DNA of 64,000 nucleotides from Bugula neritina (Eukaryota; Animalia; Bryozoa): NCBI GenBank assembly GCA_964035545.1, contig CAXIUT010000183.1, positions 310,001 to 374,000 of the forward strand, read 5' to 3'. Shown piece by piece: positions 59,824 to 64,000 of this stretch (position 1 is its first letter; each line of letters starts with the position of its first letter). The notes under the pieces were generated by a model. It saw only the letters and a program-made list of their open reading frames with translations, ran no database searches and was not told where the DNA came from. The position numbers and the translations under genes were made by a program.

Positions 59824-62800
59824 ATGGCGTTGTTGGAGAGAGTGACACAGATGGGTAAAGACCTTGGGTTGGTGGAGGACAAGCTTATAGCTTTTGTTGA
59901 AAAGAACCTACCCATTGTTGCTGCACAAGAAGAAAAAGAAAAGGACCGAGAGGAACGTAGATTAGAGCGTGAGGCAGAAAAGATCAGGCAAGAGAATGAG
60001 AAAGCCTTAATGGAGATGAAGATAAAAGCTGATCAGGAGGCAATGGCATTCAAGGTTAAAGCTGATCAGGAGGCAATGGCACTCAAGGTTAAAGCTGACC
60101 AGGAGGCAGAAGAGAGAAGACAACGACATGAATTAGATATGGAAAAGCTGAAAGCTGACACAAGTTTGGAGCACTCAAGACATGAGAGCACCAGGTTAGA
60201 AATAGCTAACAAACCAAAACCAAAAATACCATTCTTTGATGAGAAGGTGGATGAAATGGATAGCTATTTAGAGCGGTTCGAGTGGGTTGCCGAAGGATGT
60301 AACTGGGACAAGGGAGATTGGCCCTACCATCTCAGTCAGTACCTAAGGGGTACAGCAACAGAAGCTTACATCCGGTTGTCACCTACCGATCGTAGAGATT
60401 ATAAAAGAGTCAAAGAAGCCTTGTTGGAGCGCTTTAACTTGACTCAAGAGGGCTACAGAAAAAAGCTCAGAGAGGCAGAAGCTTACGAGGATGAAACTCC
60501 TGCCCAACTGTTCACTAGGATAGAAAGTTATGTGCACAAGTGGGTGGAGCTTTCAGGGGGCATGGACATAGCCAAACTAGTGGCAACTGAACAATTTATA
60601 TCATCATGCCCAGACGACCTAGCTGTGCATTTAAAGCAAAGTTCTTACAACAGCAGTGAGGATATGTGTGATGCAGCGTCACTGTTTTTGCACGCCCGTG
60701 GAAGAAAACTAGCAAAGACTAAGAAAACTAATATAAAAAGGATGGAAAACACACCCACCGGTAGCATGAATGCTGAACAAGGAAGTAAAAGCGATGGGGC
60801 ATGCTTCATCTGCAAAGATAAGTCACACATTGCTCGTAACTGCCCACGGCGAGGGAAGAAGTACTGTTCACATTGCAAGATGAACAACCACAATACTTCA
60901 GACTGCAGAAAGTATGGTGGAAGGTCAGTGCATGCTGCTGCTGCAATAGCGACTACTCAGAATAAGACTGTGGTCACAGATCCAGGAATCTCATCTAAAG
61001 TGGAAGAACCTACGGAAATCACAGTTAATGGTAAAAAGTTTGTCAACGCTGCTGTCTGCAAGAATGGACCTAAATTCAAAGATGGGGGCACAGCGATATT
61101 TGATGCGGAAGTTAATGGCCAACGAGCTACTGTAATGCGCGACACCGGCTGTGGTTGCATTGTAGTCAATGCAAAGTATGTGCAACCTCAACATTTAACT
61201 GGAGAGTCAGTTTATCTGAAAATGGCTGATGCAAGTGTTAGGGAGGCTCAGTGGGCACTTATCTCAGTACGCTCACCATTTTACAATGGTGCCGTCAAAG
61301 CTGCAGTAATGGACAAGACGATTTGTGACCTGCTCATTGGGAATGTGGATGGAGCGAGATCAGCTGACCAGCCACTGGAAAACTGGAAGGACTGCGCCGT
61401 AACCACAAGAGCTCAGGCTGTCAAGGAAAAGTCAGGAGACAAACCACTGAAGATTGATTCAAATACTAACCCATTAAGTATAGGGAAAGATGAAATAGCC
61501 AGACTGCAGAGGGATGACCCCACATTGGAACGTTTCTTCGATGCAAAAGAAGTGAAGGAGAAAAAGGGATGCACCACTAGGTTTGTGGTGAGGAATAAGA
61601 TTCTGTACCGTGAGTACACCGACTCGAAGTCTGTCAGTGTAAAACCTGTCAAACAACTCATGGTACCCAGTTCTCTGAGGAAGGAAGTTCTACAGAAAGC
61701 TCATGACTGCATAATGAGCGGACACCTAGGAGTAAAGAAAACCACTGATAGAGTGCTTTCCAACTTCTTCTGGCCAGGACTAAACGGAGATGTCGTACGT
61801 TTCTGTCAATCATGTGACATTTGCCAGAAGACGGTGAAAAAAGGCTCAGTCATGAAAGTTCCAGTACAGGAAACTCCACTAATTGACACCCCATTCAAGA
61901 GATGTGCAATAGACCTAGTCGGACCAATTAACCCTCCAAGTGAGAAAGGACACCGCTACATCCTAACTTTAGTTGACTATGCTACAAGATATCCTGAAGC
62001 TACACCATTGAAGAATATTGACTCAGCTACTGTAGCTGAAGCGCTGCTTGACATATACAGTCGTGTTGGGATACCAGAGGAGGTGATAAGCGATCAAGGA
62101 ACTCAATTCATCTCGGACTACATGAAAGAGTTTACCAGATTACTTGACATGCGACAACTTCCTACTTCACCATACCATGCAATGGCCAATGGACTTGTGG
62201 AAAAGTTCAACGGAACCCTCAAGAGTATGTTAAAAAAGTTGTGTGCTAAAGAGCCAAGACAGTGGCATCGGTTCATCAATGCGGCTCTATTTGCATATAG
62301 AGAAGTCCCACAGGAATCAACAGGCTTCGCCCCATTCGAGTTACTCTATGGAAGAACTGTACGTGGACCAATGTACATCCTGCGACAACTTTGGACAAAA
62401 GAAGACACTGCCGATGAAGTCAAGACCTGCTATCAACATGTTTTTGAATTGAGAGAGCGTTTAGATGACATGATGGAAATGGCACTAGCTTCGCTAAAAG
62501 ACAGTCAAAAAAGATACAAACACTATTTTGACAAGAAAGCTAAGCGGAGAGACTTCAGACCTGGTGACAAAGTGCTCATTCTTTTACCTACGGATGGAAA
62601 TAAATTGCTGATGCATTGGCAAGGACCATTCAATATTGAGGAGAAAGTCAGACTGAATGACTACATTATCAACATTAGAGGCAAGAGGAGAACATACCAT
62701 GCCAACATGCTGAAGAAATATTTTGAGCGGGAGGCGCCTACCGACCCTATGACTGTTGGAGCTGTGATGACTTTAGATGCTGCTGGTACTGGAATTATTG

Positions 62801-62946
62801 ATCATGATGAGGAAAGAGAAGAAGGCCAAGATGATTTGGTGGATCTGTACAATAAGAAACAAGAGAGTGATGAGATGGGATATGTATTCACAAAACTTCA
62901 GGATCAAGGTGGAGTCAATCAAAGGAAAGGACAATGTTGGAGCTGA
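59824..62946 (+). CDS. Gag-protease-integrase polyprotein (1040 aa), lacking RT
   Basis: It has an N-terminal coiled coil and a capsid/SCAN-like region (IPFFDEKVDEMDSYLERFE...EQFISSCPDDLAVHLK). CCHC knuckles are CFICKDKSHIARNC (60802-60843) and CSHCKMNNHNTSDC (60865-60906). The aspartic protease DTG is at 61141. The integrase has HDCIMSGH...CDIC (from 61702), catalytic D 61912, D 62092 and E 62200 (D35E), and GPF at 62623. There is no YxDD or other RT motif. Confidence 0.93.
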   Translation: MALLERVTQMGKDLGLVEDKLIAFVEKNLPIVAAQEEKEKDREERRLEREAEKIRQENEKALMEMKIKADQEAMAFKVKADQEAMALKVKADQEAEERRQRHELDMEKLKADTSLEHSRHESTRLEIANKPKPKIPFFDEKVDEMDSYLERFEWVAEGCNWDKGDWPYHLSQYLRGTATEAYIRLSPTDRRDYKRVKEALLERFNLTQEGYRKKLREAEAYEDETPAQLFTRIESYVHKWVELSGGMDIAKLVATEQFISSCPDDLAVHLKQSSYNSSEDMCDAASLFLHARGRKLAKTKKTNIKRMENTPTGSMNAEQGSKSDGACFICKDKSHIARNCPRRGKKYCSHCKMNNHNTSDCRKYGGRSVHAAAAIATTQNKTVVTDPGISSKVEEPTEITVNGKKFVNAAVCKNGPKFKDGGTAIFDAEVNGQRATVMRDTGCGCIVVNAKYVQPQHLTGESVYLKMADASVREAQWALISVRSPFYNGAVKAAVMDKTICDLLIGNVDGARSADQPLENWKDCAVTTRAQAVKEKSGDKPLKIDSNTNPLSIGKDEIARLQRDDPTLERFFDAKEVKEKKGCTTRFVVRNKILYREYTDSKSVSVKPVKQLMVPSSLRKEVLQKAHDCIMSGHLGVKKTTDRVLSNFFWPGLNGDVVRFCQSCDICQKTVKKGSVMKVPVQETPLIDTPFKRCAIDLVGPINPPSEKGHRYILTLVDYATRYPEATPLKNIDSATVAEALLDIYSRVGIPEEVISDQGTQFISDYMKEFTRLLDMRQLPTSPYHAMANGLVEKFNGTLKSMLKKLCAKEPRQWHRFINAALFAYREVPQESTGFAPFELLYGRTVRGPMYILRQLWTKEDTADEVKTCYQHVFELRERLDDMMEMALASLKDSQKRYKHYFDKKAKRRDFRPGDKVLILLPTDGNKLLMHWQGPFNIEEKVRLNDYIINIRGKRRTYHANMLKKYFEREAPTDPMTVGAVMTLDAAGTGIIDHDEEREEGQDDLVDLYNKKQESDEMGYVFTKLQDQGGVNQRKGQCWS
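60025..60108 (+). repeat. 33-bp in-frame tandem repeat (2.5 copies) in gag, encoding KADQEAMA(F/L)KV
   Basis: AAAGCTGATCAGGAGGCAATGGCA(T/C)TCAAGGTT at 60025 and 60058, with a partial third copy at 60091. Confidence 0.85.
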
Positions 62947-62977
62947 TTATCTAAGCCGAATTGACTCAGAATTTTAA
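62858..62977 (+). pseudogene. Out-of-frame C-terminal remnant of Ty3/Gypsy RNase H
   Basis: The frame of ORF 62777..62977 reads NKRVMRWDMYSQNFRIKVESIKGKDNVGADYLSRIDSEF*. This matches the well-known Gypsy RNase H tail pattern RWxxxLQ-x-F-x(4-5)-G-x-x-N-x-x-AD-x-LSR. Confidence 0.85.
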
Positions 62978-63011
62978 GTAGTTAGGAGAAATGATCAAGA
63001 TAATTTCTCTT

Positions 63012-63022
63012 AGAATGGGGGG
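63012..63022 (+). other. Polypurine tract
   Basis: AGAATGGGGGG lies 1 nt upstream of the 3' LTR. Confidence 0.75.
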
Positions 63023-63023
63023 T

Positions 63024-63588
63024 TGTCACAAATTCTGAGTGTACATATACCTATAAATAGACTTACCGGGTTTTTCCTAATGATTATACAGGAATGTTCA
63101 TAAATATTCTAGACTAATCAAAGAGATGGGTCATTGTTCATTGTTACTGTTTTGGTTAGTCATGTTAACTACTGCCCAGCAATGTAAACAAGGTATTGCG
63201 CAATAATTGCGAAATAACCATGGAAATTCCAATGTTTTGTTTTGTTTTGATTTTCTATAAATAGTATTGGCATGTGGGGAATGTTTTCTACTAGAATCTT
63301 CTGTACTGGAATGCTTGAGAATATTCTAGAGCTTTTTGTTTACTATAAATACTGAGGCAGTTGTGTTTACAGTTCAGTTCATTCTCGCAGTTCCTTTTTA
63401 TAAGTTCATTCTCGGAGTTCATTTTTATACATTCATCTGTGCATATCTTACTAGAGAAATAAAGTATACTTATATTCACAACTCTATTTACTCTCAACTG
63501 GATTAGCAAGCTGTATGCTACTTGTCTCTATACTTCTGACTTACAGACTTTTCGAACTCGTCACACTGCTACCAACAGTTTTGTGACA
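63024..63588 (+). repeat. 3' LTR (565 bp)
   Basis: Copy of 59163-59727 at offset 3861. The antisense 72-aa ORF is identical in both LTRs (59430/63291). Confidence 0.96.
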
Positions 63589-64000
63589 ACTACTGAAATA
63601 TACTGTAACACATTGAAAAATACTGCAACATACTGAAACATACTGCGACACATTGCAATATACACTAACATACTGAAACATGCTGTAGCACACTGAAATA
63701 GACTGCAGCTCACTGAAATATACTGCAACATACTGAAATACACTGCTACATACTGAAATATACTGCAACATACTGCAACATACTGAAATACACTGTAACA
63801 TACTGAAATACACTGCAACAAACTACAACATATTGAAATACACTGCAACACATTGAAATACACTGCAACATACCAAAATAAATGGTAAACTACTGAAATA
63901 TACTTTAACACATTGAAAAATACTGCAACATACTGAAATATACTGTAACACACTGAAATATACTGCAACATACTGAAATACACTGTAACATATTGAAACA
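63589..64000. repeat. Satellite array, segment 3
   Basis: Same units as before. It matches ~56908-57320, including the rare variant GCAATATACACTAACAT, and runs off the right edge. Confidence 0.97.

Larger units (their letters stand above)
59163..63588 (+). mobile_element. LTR retrotransposon, Gypsy/Metaviridae of Gmr1-type domain order, internally deleted for RT and most of RNase H
   Basis: It has two 565-bp TG...CA LTRs, a 5-bp TSD ACTAC (59158-59162 / 63589-63593), a PBS and a PPT. The ORF encodes Gag-PR-IN with a Gypsy-type integrase (H2C2 zinc finger, D,D35E, GPF motif) directly after the protease, followed by an RNase H C-terminal remnant. Confidence 0.95.

Noticed and set aside
59824-62946. 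Copia/Ty1 classification, because integrase follows protease
   Set aside because: The integrase has Gypsy-type features (GHLGxxKT zinc finger, IDLVGP, GPF module), the Gag is SCAN-like, and the RNase H tail is the Gypsy ADYLSR type. This fits Gmr1-like Gypsy elements.
59824-62946. Domesticated host gene or Ginger-type DNA transposon
   Set aside because: It is flanked by matching LTRs with PBS, PPT and a 5-bp TSD, and it encodes Gag and protease.
59430-63509. Short antisense or alternate-frame ORFs in the LTRs and pol (59430, 60645, 60957, 60991, 61413, 61474, 62243, 63291)
   Set aside because: They are shadow ORFs of 60-82 aa with no motifs. Only the end of 62777..62977 is meaningful, as the RNase H remnant.
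390-63983. Hundreds of minus-strand Cys/Tyr/Val/Phe-rich ORFs as protein-coding genes
   Set aside because: They overlap in all three frames with the same cyclic peptide, follow a 10-bp rather than codon periodicity, and are broken by A-tract frameshifts. They are satellite artefacts.

Overview
This is eukaryotic, probably invertebrate-animal, heterochromatin-like DNA with no host gene. About 54 kb is one strand-asymmetric satellite built from a 10-bp unit (consensus ~ACTG[C/T/A]AA[C/T]A[T/C]), paired as a 20-bp dimer ACTGCAACAT-ACTGAAATAY. It is organised into ~100-300-bp modules and kb-scale duplications with offsets of 470, 1322, 6090, 7508 and 9444 bp. Two clean insertions interrupt it. 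(1) 40205-45602 is a 5.4-kb DNA transposon with CACAG...CTGTG ends, 22-bp imperfect TIRs and a 2-bp AA target duplication (CMC/EnSpm-like); I see no transposase in it. (2) 59163-63588 is a 4.4-kb LTR retrotransposon with apparently identical 565-bp LTRs, a 5-bp ACTAC TSD, a tRNA-Pro-like PBS and a PPT. Its single intact 1040-aa ORF encodes Gag (2 CCHC knuckles), protease and integrase, but no reverse transcriptase; only an out-of-frame, decayed RNase H tail follows the integrase. This indicates a Gmr1-type (PR-IN-RT-RH) Gypsy element that has lost RT yet looks freshly inserted, and it is the most interesting object in the window. The many minus-strand Cys/Tyr/Val-rich ORFs are by-products of the satellite.
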